This document shows positions 25,609 through 39,746 of a stretch of DNA of 64,000 bases, piece after piece. Position numbers and translations under genes: made by a program. The notes below the pieces were generated by a model that did not search any database, was not told the origin of the DNA, and was given only the letters and a program-made list of their open reading frames with translations. Every line of letters starts with the position of its first letter. Position 1 is the stretch's first letter. The stretch is from Chrysomallon squamiferum (Eukaryota; Animalia; Mollusca): assembly GCA_012295275.1 (NCBI GenBank), contig CM022669.1, forward strand, positions 9,734,001-9,798,000, given 5' to 3'.

Positions 25609-28480
25609 CTTGGCAGTATAATCTCTGATATTTCTAAAAACGTCTCGGTGACTGATACAAGAGATATATCACGTGATAAATGCTCGTTCCAACCATTCCA
25701 GACATTTTTCTTTTTTTTTTCTTCTTCAGAAACTGTCCGCGTTTTTCACTCGAACGACATTAATCTTTTTTAGAATTTTACCATTTCTGATAGTGTCTGA
25801 AAACACGTCCTCTTTCAGAACTGGTTTAAACAGCAAAAAGAAAGTATTCCATACATCGAATAGTAGTTATCGACAACATAGTCTTATTAAACAAAAAATT
25901 TGAATAACGCACATTATAGTCGTTTCTTCAAAGACGTCAGCCAATATCGTACATCACAGCATTCCAAGCACAACGTGTCTGTTCCTTTCTACCGTTGATG
26001 TAACCGATTTAAAACAACATCAGCTTCAAGCAACAACAACAACAAAAACAAAACGTCAGTTGCCAGACGTTCTAAACATTCTGTAGTTCTCGAATGAATT
26101 TTGAAACGTGCACACTCTTGTCATTTCTGCAAAATAATCAGAAAACAAGATTTTTCTGTTTACGTCTGTCTTTCCCAGCGTTATAGTTAAATTGCAAATT
26201 AACATCGCACAGGAAACATGCGCGTATTTTGATACCTCTACACCGCAGTCCTGTCTGCTCCGACCTAAATATTTTAGTTTATTTGTTTCAGTATATACTG
26301 TGTTTGTTTTTCCTTGTATTCTGCTTTAAGTACAAAATCATATGGCACCAGACATATGCATAACATAGATGTAATACGTTTTTTTTTGTTTTTTAAATAT
26401 GTATAATATATTAATGTTATTCCTGCACAGAGAATATCAGCATAAATTGTATCTTCAGAGATTTTTTTATGCACTGTGTAAATACCACGCACTGTTACTA
26501 TGGGTTACTTCTTCATCTTCTTTTTTTTATTATTATTATTATTATTATTGTACAGCTGAGTTCTTTCTTTTTCTTCTTCTTTTTTTTTTTTTTTTTTTTT
26601 TAGTCTTTTTTATAGCGTTCTTGTATTTCTCTATTTTTTGTTCCGTTCTTGTGACTTGTGTGTTCTTCTTACGGTTGTTGTACGTCGGTGTTTTTTTCTG
26701 TTCTTGTGTTGTTTAGAAGCTGTTGTCAGTGTAAGTATGAAGTTCACATTACTTCTTGTTTCACCTGTACTGCAGTTTCTCTGAGAAGTCTTATCTCACA
26801 CACAAACACCGCTCTGCCTTCACTGTCGATTGAATACCTCGTTACTTTAGTTCACGAAACTAATTTCAAAACAACACGATACCGGTGTAACTACGACGGC
26901 AATATTTCCAACGGCAACATGAATGCTGAAGTGATAGCATCGGACAAAGTTCCAGGAAAGTAATTTGATTACGACACTGCACCGATGACGTCGACGACCT
27001 ATGGCACAGATTCTGTAACCTCACACTTCTCTGTTTGTTGCAGTCATGTCACAGAACTGACCTCCTGGAATGTAATCTTTTCACTCTCCGCAACAACAGC
27101 AACGCTCCTGGTAACATGAAAATGCCACGACACCAACGTTTCGACAACTGTTGATTACACTGGTATTTGTCACAATTTTTGAATTCCTCCCTGTCAGTTC
27201 TAAATCTTTATTTATATTTCAGGGTTATCCTCAACTTGTATCTGGTTCGACACCTCTTTGTCTGTGTTCAAAATGTATCGACAACAGTCACAACATCTTT
27301 TAAAACATATCGACATCACTCACAACGTCTAATCGATTCAAAACATAATGTTACGTCTATAGACTTGTTCAACATCAACCAAAAAATATGACGCCTTGAA
27401 CATCTTTCGACATCACTTTTTCTTTACATTTTTTTTTTTTTTTTTTTTACGTTCCAGACACTTTTACAACATCCCGTTCTGTGTCTTATTAAAATTTACA
27501 ACTTGTTCTGTCGGAATGGCGCCGTGTAGTCAATGCGACTAACACAGTTCTGTCAATGATCTGCTCTGTAATTTTTTTTTCTATTTTTTTTTTTTTTTCT
27601 CCTTCCTGTACAAACATTTCTGTCACTTCCTTAATGAACTAAGCTGCAGCAGTGAGACGTCAACATTACGATTATCAGCCGCGTGCATTTCCTTTTTTAT
27701 CGGAGAAAAATCTCTAGCTCGTGGGCCAAACTGCACACTCAAACTGCGATCAAGCCAAGCCTGATTCCCGCTCGACTCCGGAGCACGAAATGATAAGCGC
27801 GAGTACAGGCAAGCTATTCATTACGTTAAACAATTACCACCGAGCAGACGAACATTTCAGCCATTCTTTCGCCGTCAAAGCAGGCGAACGAGAATGGCTT
27901 TTTTAAGCCTTTCTTCTTTTCTTTTTTTTTTGTTGTGAAAACTAGCTCCGATCATCGCACAGAACAGTTTCATTTATGTGCCATCGGGTTTTCGTCCATC
28001 ACAGAACTGTCTGCGCATAAACGAAACCACATTTTAAATTGTTTTGTTTTCTCGTCCACTCGCCTCGTGGCTCTATATGGATCAGATAACCCACCTCGTG
28101 TTTTTCTTTTTTTTTTTTTTTTTTCTTTTTTTTTAACTTTCTTTTTAACTCGTTTGCACCTTTCCCTCAGTCGTGTGGAAATAAATTTTCGTGAAATAAA
28201 TAAATAAATCGTAAAAGTCAAAGCTGAATCGTTTACTGGATAATCAGTGCAAACACACTGGCCATCTGGACATGATTTATTGACACTTGGTGAATTTCGC
28301 TTAGTGAATGATACGGAAAAAAAAAAAGGAAAAAAAAAGAAAAGAAAGAGAAGACTGTGATAAAAGAAAATGAAAAGCTTGAATGTGGATAAAGAGCACG
28401 GAAAGCTTCGAGAAAGGAAAAAAGATAACGGCAGAAAATTATTAATATTAAGAAATGAATACGTTGGTAAAGAATTACAG

Positions 28481-28564
<84 letters not shown>

Positions 28565-28623
28565 CCTCTGAAGGCCTGACGGTCTCATCCCATAATTGAG
28601 ACCTGACACTGATAACAATCGCC
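28565..28623. repeat. Short dispersed repeat copy B, next to a (CT)n tract
   Basis: Near-identical to 22965-23035 apart from a short indel and a few substitutions. Confidence 0.65.
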
Positions 28624-29340
28624 CGAACAATTAAATAGCCCAATCTAGACTACACCGAGCTTATCTTTACTATGACCCTTGTAATCTTCGTCCATTTATG
28701 TACACTCGACTGAGTCTTCACACGCATCGCTGTCCGTTTAAATTCTCATTTAGATACTCGGCGAAATCTCTGTTTCAAATAAATTCAGCTGCTGCCGAGA
28801 AATACTTCAAAAAGGAAAGAAAAGAAAGAAAAAAAAATAGAAAGAAAGAAAAAATAGGTAAAGAAATTCTAAATCTAAGACGGATCACTTAAAAGTTTAC
28901 TGCAGACATTTATGTTTCTCTCTTCAGTTTCTACGGGAGAAAAATAATTACAAGATCTGAGGCCTGTTTTAGGTTAATAAGTGGAATTAAAAGATTCGTT
29001 AAAGGTGTGTTAAAAGAAACAGTTATTATGTTGACGGGTACAATAACAACAAAAAAAAAAAAAATCCGTCAGCACCATTAACAAAAACAACAACGTTAAT
29101 AAGTGATTATAACAACAACAGCAACTACAACAACGACAACAACAACAATAATAATAATAATAATAATAATAACAATAAAAAGAAAAACAGAAAAGAAAAT
29201 AGTAGTAGCATTAGTAGTTAGTAGTGGTTGTTGTTGTTATATTAGTAATAGCTGCTCTAGTAATAATAATAATAGTAATAGTAATAATAATAATAATAAT
29301 AAAATAATAGTAAAAATAATAATAATGATAAAGTAATAAA

Positions 29341-29380
<40 letters not shown>

Positions 29381-29866
29381 ATAATAATGATGATGATAAT
29401 AACAGAAAAAGAAAAGAAAAAAAAGCGATAAAAAAGGACACACAAACAGACAAACAAATAAAATGTAGCAGACGTAAAAAAAATCGACCATGCGACCTGT
29501 CGCACGTAGAACGGACTCTACAATTACGATCTTCAGAAGAACAGAAGAATAAAAAAAAAAATAAAACCCAAAACACATCTGTAATCTGTGACATTAATAA
29601 AACATTCTGTCAATGCACACAGCTGTGGCGATATTCAAACCAGAACTGTTAGACAAACACGGGTCACTTTGATTAAAAAAAGAAGGTCAAGCAGCGTTCT
29701 GGTACAAAGCCTCTTAGTCAAAGGTTATTGTGTTTTTATTTGGCTTTATCTGAATTAACGAAGATGTTTGTTGTGGCTGACGAACTGGAGCGACGTTCAT
29801 ACCGGCGTAGTCACTGTTATTTGTACGCTTGGGTGTAGTTTTGTACGTGTTCCTGTATGGGTTGTA

Positions 29867-29954
<88 letters not shown>

Positions 29955-30018
29955 TGTGTATATGTGTCTGTGTGTGTTTGTGTGTGAATCTACCAATGCT
30001 AGTATGAATGTATGTATC

Positions 30019-30101
<83 letters not shown>

Positions 30102-30148
30102 AATTAATTAATGTTATTCTTCTTCTTCTTCTTCTTCTGCTTCTTTTA

Positions 30149-30201
<53 letters not shown>

Positions 30202-31643
30202 CATTATAATTATTATTAATATTATTAGTATTAGTATTAGTATTACTGCAGATGTTGCTCCTGTCATTCATGTTACGTGTTGACATATCGGCTAGCTGTG
30301 TGTTAACGGCCTTGTAAAGATAAAAACAGAAATCTCGTATTAAGCTGTATATAAGTAAACAATGTTCTTGTGAGTGCTCTTTAGTGTATGCGGTGTCAGT
30401 TGGCGTGTGGGAAAATACTTTCAATAACAAGACCACTTTGCACTCCGCAAGAGGAGAGTTCATTTCTTATCTAGAGTTAACGTTCCTGATAACCCACGTT
30501 ATGATTAACACTCGACACTCCTTTGTATTAGTAGATTAAACTGACATCACTTTTGTATGAAATATTCAAATAGATGGAATCAATAATAATATTAATAATA
30601 ATAAACACTAATGGATATAGAAAAAACCACCACCAAAAAGCAGCAGCAGCAACTACAACAACTGAAATAGAAAATACGTTTATCAAAAACAGCGACAGCA
30701 ACAGCAGCAGCACAAAACTCACAACAATAAGAGACGTTGTAGTGTTGGTAGTAATAGAAATAGAAGGATGACGACGTTGACAGCAACAGCAAGATTAAGA
30801 ATAATTATAATACTAATAGTGGAACTCATCTTAGTATAAAATAAAAAAGACTTATTAAATAATAGAAAGCTTTAGATAAAAGTAGTAGTAAGAGTAGTAG
30901 TAGTAGTAGTAGTAGTAGTTGTAGTAGTAGTAGTAGTAATGAAAGAAATAATAAATGTCGTAGAGTTGTTGTAGCAGTAGTTGTTGTAGTAACTGTAATA
31001 ACGGCAGGAATACCAGTAGTATCATTAGTAACAGTTGTAGTAGACGTAGTAACGATAATAATAGAAATAGTGGTGGTAGATGTAGTAATGGCACTAAAGC
31101 AGTAGTTGTAATAGTATTCACTGTAGTAGCAGAAACTGTAGCAGTACTACTACTAGTGTTAGTTGTTGTTGTAGTAATAGTAGTAACAGCAGTATCTGTA
31201 GAAGGCTTCGAGGGCGAAATAATGAAGTTGTAGTAGTGCATTTTATTAATGAAAGACCACTTTGTACTGAAGTGTATTTCCTGTCTTGAGTTAACATTCC
31301 TAACTCTCACATTCTTACACATTCACTGCAACAACCACTTGAACGCCAGTTACACCAAACACATTCATTAATATAGATTGGCTTGTTTTTAAAGCAATAG
31401 TAACAATGTAATGGTAGTAACAGCAGCAGCAACAACAACACAATAATAATAATAATCATAATAATAATATTAATGACAACAATAATAATGGTAATGGTAA
31501 CAGTGTTAGTAGTTTTATTAATATCAGTAATAGTAGTAGTAATAATAGTATATCACTGCTAGTAATAAAAAGGTATTAGTATTAGTAGTAATAGTAGTGG
31601 TAAAGAAGTAATAGTACCGGTAAAATAGTTGTTGTTGTAATAA

Positions 31644-31676
<33 letters not shown>

Positions 31677-32539
31677 GAGAAACAACACTGCCTGTACTAA
31701 TACCTCTTCTGATGAACTGATCCTTCCAACCAGCTACTTCAGATGACCTGTTAATATGAACAGAACACCCAGTTGTCTCTCTTGCAAGATGAAAAACAGA
31801 TTTACTGCCCCTGGTGATGTTTTCCATAAACAGGTAACGTACACTTGCTTGTAGTTTGTTTACGGTATCGAATGCAACAGAAATACACGTGGTTGCAATG
31901 TGTGTATACTTTTATCCGAAACGGGTTTTCGTTCTTCTGTTTTTTCCTTTATGTATCCAAGATGTCATCTGTATAACACATACCAGTATATTTATCGAAA
32001 TATTGTTCTATTGTGTATTTATATATTTATTTATTCCTTTGATTTTTAAATTACTTTTTGTAACTACTGTTGTCAGTCTTACTAGTTTCTTATTTAATTA
32101 CTACTACTACTGGTGTCATTAGCGTTAATTTTTAAAAGCCATTTGTTATCATATTTAGTCAAATATTTCACAATCAACACTATTAATTGAAATGTCATCT
32201 GAGTTCTTTCCCCTGTAAAATGTCAGTTACGTTATTACATTGAAACTTTTGACATCATTAAAATATGATTTTACCATTGCCCTTTTTACCAATTCATCTA
32301 CATTTAACAACTGTTATTTAATTTCGTTAAATCTATTTAACCCAGTGTTTATTCCTCTCTTGTTTGTGAAATATAATTTATTGTTGTTTTTAAAACTGTT
32401 TTACTTGAAGTGTTTCTGACTTAAATATTTTAATGGGAAAATATTGAAAAAGAGGTGAGAATATCTGCAACGGAATTGTCATTATGAAACATCTCCTACA
32501 CGTTTATTTATTTATTTAGTTAGTTATTAATTATTTAAA

Positions 32540-32810
<271 letters not shown>

Positions 32811-34711
32811 TTTTTTTTTCAAAAAGGAACAAAGAAAGAAGGGATTAAAAAAATACAAAATTGACTGAACTGCTATACAACGCCATCATCATCATCATCA
32901 TCATCAATACTGAAACATCTTTTGTTCTTTTATTATTATTATTCACCATTATTCTTCTTCTTATTATTATTATTCTTCTTCTTCTTATTATTATTATTAT
33001 TGACGTTTTATCGTTGCTTTCTGCCGCCGTCGTCGTCGTTGCTGTTGTAATCACATTGTTCTCACCCTGTCAGCTATTAACACATTTTCTTTCTTCCACA
33101 CTCCACTCTCCCTTCAACCCTCCTCCTAACCCCTGACCCCCCACCAAACCCTATCACACTTTAACCCATTATACATTTATGAGAGATAGTAATTGACACA
33201 GCATGTATTTATTGTGAGTTTGACATTTAGAAAGCTGCAAATCGTGACACGAAAATATCTTAAAGACAGAACATACTGCTGTATGTTTTGTGAGTAAATA
33301 TTTACACCGTGTGTGCTCCTCGTTGACAGATTTGCAACTGAGCAGATGTAGAGAGAGGAAGGAAGTAGCTAAATTAAAGTGAACCTTTGGTAATACGGAA
33401 AATAGGCTAAATAAATAAATATAATTATATATATATATATATCTTGTACAGTCTTCCAAGTTATGAGTTATTTTTGTTTTGTCGTCAGAGAGTAATTAAT
33501 AATGAAAGTATAACAATAAAAGAGTACAGTTAAAAAATATGTGGGCGCCACCATTTTTCTATTGCATGTAGGCCTGGATGTTAGAAATAAAATCCTACAT
33601 ACTCCGCTTTATACACGATGACGTCACTTTAGGTTGCCTTATACACATACACACACACCCATACATACATACAAATACACCTACATGTATGCATACATAT
33701 ACACACGCATACATACATGCATACACACACATAAACACATATAAAGACGCATGCAGTACAATACAGTAAGGAATGAAGAAAAAAAATACAAAGAATAAAA
33801 CGAACAGAGATTTAAAATGAAGAAAATCTATAAATTTGGAAGTAACATAATAAGAAGAAAAAAAGAAAAGAATAAAGGACAGAACACAACTTTTATCAAA
33901 AAAAAGGGAACGAGGAAAGAAACAGTTATAAGGAAGGAAAGAAAGATGAAGATACGTATATATGAACGTTTGTACAGCGTTTGAAATTACGTAATATGTT
34001 TACGTACACCGAAACTAACAGCTACACAAACAAGCACGTTTTTCTGCTGCAGACAGATCTCCCTGTCTATCTTTGAAAGTTGTGTAAGAAAATATTAGGA
34101 ATCTGCAAAAAGAAACATAATCTTCACCATACATTTTTTTTCTTTCATTTTCTTCACAAAAAACCCCAACAACAACAACAACCAAAAAGCAGGTAAAAGC
34201 AGTTTATTTTTGGCTTTTACTCTATAAGCTGAAACCAAAAACTTAAGATGAAAAAAAAAAATTTCGAGCTTCACCACGGTAACTTAAAGTAAGTATATAA
34301 AAATAAATAAATAAGTATATAAATAAATGAATAATATTAGTAATAATAATAATAATAATAAATAATTCTTATACGTGTTTCTGGATGTTTGTGCGTTTGT
34401 ATTGACTGTAAATATCTGTGTGAGTGTGGGTATGAATGTATGTTTGTGTCTTAATATATATTGTAGGTTATATGTATGTATGTGTGTATGTTTGTCTGTA
34501 CCTATGTATCTATATATACATGTATATTTGTATATATATCGTTATGAGAATAAAGTAGTCCCTTTTGAATATATATATATACGGATGAATGGATATATTT
34601 ATTTACAGAGGATCACTGAATATTTGTAAGTAATAGCACAAAAATAACAACTTCGTTTCTTTCCTTCATTAAACACTGGATATTCATAGATCACCAATTT
34701 ACAGTCTAAAC

Positions 34712-35108
34712 CAGTGGTTCTCAAACTTTTTTTTGCCAACGGCACACCTTGGAACACATGAAAAAATAGTGGCACACCTGGCTAAATATATATACGAAAA
34801 ATATTTGAATTTTGTAAAGTAAAAACATGGCAAGTCGTAGACGGCATACAATCATAGACACAGACTAGTCATAGACACATAGAATGACTCAAACTAAATA
34901 AAGAAAAACACAGCTATACTTCACTGCAGTGTTTCGAATTTCATCAGTCAAATAGCTGGCTTCTTTAGTGAGAAATTTACTGTTTGTTTTATTTTTGGAC
35001 CACATGGTTTTTCGCATTTTCTTAGTGTGCCGTTCAAAATTTGGCGGCACACTTAGGAATATCTTGTGGCACACCAGTGTGCCGCGGCACACTGGTTGAG
35101 AATCACTG
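34712..35108. mobile_element. Non-autonomous hAT-superfamily (Charlie-like) MITE, 397 bp
   Basis: TIRs CAGTGGTTCTCAA / TTGAGAATCACTG (1 mismatch). Perfect 8-bp TSD GTCTAAAC at 34704-34711 and 35109-35116, resembling the Charlie target NTCTAGAN. Multiple subterminal GGCACAC motifs. No transposase ORF. Confidence 0.92.
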
Positions 35109-35519
35109 GTCTAAACCGATTCCAGCAAGAAGTAAGATCGACAACTCTTTCTGCATCATGCAAAAGAAATACTGTTTAAGTCCCCTGTAGTTATCAGTAA
35201 ATCAAGTTAATGTTAGGTTTTCTCCAAACAGCCAGTAATTTACTTTGAATGAGTGATTCTGAGAGACTATTTCTGATATTAAAGTGCTCACTATGGCAGT
35301 CGCTTTGATGTACACATTTTATTTTATTTCTTTTCCACACTTCATATTTTTGCCATGTGATTTGAATTATAAAGTATTTGGATTCAGACTTTTTGAAAAC
35401 TAACAATAATAAAAGAAAAGGAAGAAAAGAAGATATTTTGTTCGGCTGAACTCTTAAAACAGATTTCCATGAATGAATGAATTAATTAATTAACGATCCT
35501 TCTTCTCCAAGATATTATA

Positions 35520-35550
<31 letters not shown>

Positions 35551-35761
35551 TAGATAAAAAAAAAAAAAGTAAATACCAAAAAACCCAAAAAAAAACAAAT
35601 AAATCTTAGGTAGTCAAAGCAATATTAAATATTTATTAACATCACTACTATCGTTAGATTCAAGATCAGCATCATCAAAATCAGGTCATGATCATTTTAA
35701 AGTGATGCAATCTACGTGAGTGTTGTTGTAGTCAGACCTTGATCTGTCGACAAAGAACTGA

Positions 35762-36760
35762 TTACTGATTAAAGAAGGTTTTATAATTATATCTTCGTTC
35801 ACGTGGAATTCGTCTTTTTTTTTTTCTGTTTGTTTTCACTATTAATAAATTATTAGATTGTTTAAACGAGTCTTTCACTTTATTTTCTGATGCTGAATCT
35901 GGGCTCATTGCTTGTTTGACAAACGGATACCGATCTTCCAGAAGATAACACGGAACAGTTTTAATCAGATTCCCGGGTACCCCTGATTCACGTCTGTGAT
36001 CGTAATTGTTCGATTTACACATTCGAATATTGAAGTTGACTGAAAGAAACGCTTTGGTGTCTCTGGGAACAGGTAATGACATATTTAAAAATGGCCCTGT
36101 TGTCAAAGGAAAGGTTATGGACCTTTCAAAGCAGACATTACCAGTGCAAATATGAGTAGGGTAATCTTCATAGAAGAATATATCAATAAACGGCCATTTC
36201 CATGCTCTAGTCTCTATCGGTTTAGAAAGTTTAGAATAAAACTTCCAGCACACACTAAGCGACCGGTCCAGATAGAAGTCCGGCTTGAGAGAACTCAGAA
36301 CACTAAACAAATGTTTCTGCTGCTTGTTTGGAACAAGAACATCGACGTCATCGTCCCAAGGAACAATTCCGTGATGGCGGTAAGATCCTAGAAGACTTCC
36401 GGAGTACAGGAAGAATGTAATATTGGCCCGTTTCATCTCTGAAGCAAATCGTTTTGTTATCAACTGGAAAATCTTTAACTCACTTTCTGTTACTCTTCTG
36501 CCGAATGACTTATCCAACAAGTTCGTGTAATTTTTGTTAGCTGTATTTTTGGAAAATGACTTATACAGCAAGTACGTGTCTTTTTTAGTAGTTGCATTTT
36601 TGGTAAATGAATTATACAGCAAGTACTTGATTTTGTCATTGTTTACGTTGCTGAGAAACAGTTCATACCCCAGACAGCTAATGGCTGCGGCAAACAGAAT
36701 AAGGAAGAATGTCCTTTTTATTTTATTTTGTGAATACGATGTTTTTGCCATTTTATACAT
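35762..36760 (-). CDS. LicD/fukutin-family nucleotidyltransferase paralog 4, intact (start at 36760 or 36751)
   Basis: TM segment FFLILFAAAISCLGYELFL, a 17-aa stem repeat x3, LYSGSLLGSYRHHGIVPWDDDVD and WPFIDIFFY. Close duplicate of paralog 1. Confidence 0.92.
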   Translation of the reverse strand: MYKMAKTSYSQNKIKRTFFLILFAAAISCLGYELFLSNVNNDKIKYLLYNSFTKNATTKKDTYLLYKSFSKNTANKNYTNLLDKSFGRRVTESELKIFQLITKRFASEMKRANITFFLYSGSLLGSYRHHGIVPWDDDVDVLVPNKQQKHLFSVLSSLKPDFYLDRSLSVCWKFYSKLSKPIETRAWKWPFIDIFFYEDYPTHICTGNVCFERSITFPLTTGPFLNMSLPVPRDTKAFLSVNFNIRMCKSNNYDHRRESGVPGNLIKTVPCYLLEDRYPFVKQAMSPDSASENKVKDSFKQSNNLLIVKTNRKKKRRIPRERRYNYKTFFNQ

Positions 36761-36999
36761 AAAAGCTATCGCTTAATCCTCTTTTTTTTGGTATCTCCGT
36801 CAGTACTGTCAGTATAGTCTGTTTAAAATAAGTAAATAAAGAAGTAAGTAAGTATGTAAATAAATAATGATACCGATACAAATAATATAGCAATTAATAT
36901 ATAAATTGACGATGATGATGATGGTGATGATAATATTAGTAACAATAACTGTGACAACAACGATACTAATAATAGTAATAATAAAATTGTGATATAATG

Positions 37000-37520
37000 T
37001 AGAGTATGCACTCACGTGTATAATATAGTGTAGTTTAGTAACGTAGTACAGTATATAGCATAAATAATGTAGTGTATTAGCATAATGCATGCATTGTAGT
37101 GTAATAAAATAGTATAGTTTAGGGTATCCTGGTTTAAATAATGTAGCATATATAGTGTAGTGTATATTTTGTAATGTAATACTGTGTAGTGCCAGGTAAT
37201 AGAATGTAGTTTAGTGTAGTGTAGTCTAATGTAGTGTAGTATAATGTAATATAATGTAGTGTAGTGTAATGTAGTGTAGTATAGTGTAATGTAATATAAT
37301 GTAGTATACTGTTGTGTAGTATAATGTAATATAATGTAGTGTAGTGTAATGTAGTGTAGTATAGTGTAATGTAATATAATGTAGTATACTGTAGTGTAGT
37401 ATAATGTAATATAATGTAGTGTAGTGTAATGTAGTGTAGTATAGTGTAGTGCAGTATAGTGTAGTCTAATGTAATATAATATAGTGTAGTATAGTGTAAC
37501 GTAGTGAAATGTAGTGTAGG
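37000..37520. repeat. (TAGTG/TAATG)n pentamer satellite upstream of LicD paralog 4
   Basis: Clear 5-mer periodicity, at the position paralogous to 16100-16910. Confidence 0.8.
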
Positions 37521-39105
37521 TTTTCGTTCAGCACAGTTTCTCGAGTGTATTGTGACTGCAGCTCCATGTCTTGTTAGTGTTACTGTTATTATGTACAACA
37601 AGCAGTGATTCTTACATTAACCCTACTGAAAACACTAACCGATAAAGCGTAATAACTCAGCAGGAGACAAAGCTAAAATATACAAGTGATATATGAATGT
37701 TTTATTTATTTAGTTATTTAGTTATTATTATTATTATTATTTTTTTTTTTTTTGTCACACACACGCACACCAATCTATCAGTAGGATTCTTTGGAAGAAA
37801 AGCTGAACTCTTTTATTCTTGCTGTTGCTTACCTTTTTATTAATTTATCGAATTTTATCAAATTCAAACGACACATCTGAAGAATTTGCAACTTTATAAT
37901 AATAATAATAATAATAATAATAACTTGTTAATTTACAGGTTTACACTCATTCCATCATTATAAAACGCGGGCTAAGTTAACAGGCAGTAGTGAATGATTA
38001 GCCGGCCTCATTAAATGAGGTTTAAATGAAATATAACAGACATAAATATTACGCCTTTTTCATCACTAACTTGGTTTTATTACCAAATCAAAATATTTTG
38101 TATTTCCCATAGCCCTAGAAGAACAGAACTGTTTTTAATTTTCTTTATTTTATTTATTTATTTATTTTTTTAAATTATTTCAAATTTTATTATTACTGTC
38201 ATCGCACATACAATACAGCAACTCTCAAATTACTTCTTAAACATTTAATTTTAATTTTCAAGTCTATACTTCACGAAACGAATCCATCTTAGTACGAAAC
38301 GGACTATTTAATCCGCGAAACGGACATTGGAAAATCAGAACAGTAAAAATCTAGTAAAATATTTGTAACGTCATCGGAGTTAGAACCGGAATACTGAAAT
38401 ACTGGAGTATTTATCTTAAGTCTTATATACATACACACGTGACTATTAATTATCGGAGACGCTAGAGAACTTTTTAATATAAGAATATAACCAGATAATA
38501 AGATTTAAGTCTAAGCACAAATTCTATTTTGATTTCAAACAGATAGTCTGCAGGATTTTTCTTGTGCAAGATTTCAAATGATTTTGTTCATTAAATAATG
38601 TTTGTCTATACAAAACCTCTCTAAAACTATTTCGGCTGCTCGCAAAATGTTTCGTATTTCAGAATTTTGGATAAATTATCCTCGATACTGATTATCTTTG
38701 ATAAATTTATTTTGTTAAAAAAAAAAATAGAATTTAAAGAATATGATTCAAATCAGTAGGAAGTTTCATAAAAACTATTTAAAATAAAATTCGTTTTCTG
38801 CAACGACATACAATCTGAATTGTAATTGTGTATTTATGAATCTGAATTATCAGGGCTACAAATATGTACGTATATGCGTTTGTATATTTGTGTATAGTGC
38901 ATACGTGCTTAATCTTTCGTTCTGTTGTGGGTACCATTGTATTTGATCAAGTTGCACGCTCTAACATCTTGCAGGTAACGAAATTGTTTAAATTATTATT
39001 ATTATTATCATCATCATCAACGTCGTCGTCATCATTATTATTATAATAATTATTATTATTGTTATTATTATATTTTATTATTATTATTACTATTATTATT
39101 ATTAC

Positions 39106-39137
<32 letters not shown>

Positions 39138-39382
39138 TATATTATTATTATTAGTAGTAGTAGTAGTAGTAGTAGTAGTAATAGTATATATTACTGTTGT
39201 TGTTGTTATTATTATTATTTTTGAATATTACCTGAGACGTATAATCTGCAAAGTCTTCTGTATGATGCAAAAAAGTAAATAATTTAGTAGCTTTAATGGA
39301 GTACCGGAAACAGATGCAGTGATAAGAAATATTAACATCTGCTGCTCAATATACACTGATATTTAAACAATGTTTTTATTAA

Positions 39383-39422
<40 letters not shown>

Positions 39423-39698
39423 TATACACACAAATTAATAAAAAAATAAAAGGAGAAATGAATGAAAAAAAGAGAAATAGTAATAATAATAATGATGATG
39501 ATGAAGATAATAATAATAATAACTTTAAAATAAAAATAATAAATGTTCTTTTATTACCTTTCAGCCCGCTAGTATCATTTCAGAATATCACAATACATTA
39601 TAAAATACAAAAACGAGTGTGTGTGAATGTATATACATATGTGTGTTTGTGTATGTGTGTGTATATATATGTTTATATGTATGTATGTAGGTAAGTTC

Positions 39699-39746
<48 letters not shown>

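Larger units (their letters stand above)
35330..39371 (+). repeat. Diverged direct segmental duplicate of ~14718-20343
   Basis: Colinear anchors: 14718-14759/35331-35372; LicD CDS; 17001-17054/37599-37653; 17640-17663/37992-38014; 18062-18103/38781-38830; 19790-19850/38970-39035; 20261-20343/39279-39371. Confidence 0.8.

Noticed and set aside
26650-27560. Complex-sequence stretch with short + strand ORFs (also 57280-57530 and 58370-58860)
   Set aside because: I found no recognisable domain or consistent exon chain. Left unannotated.
34918-34950. Minus-strand CTGATGA-AATTC-GAAA-CACTGCAGTG hammerhead-like core inside the MITE
   Set aside because: No stem II can form, and no UH cleavage triplet follows stem III.
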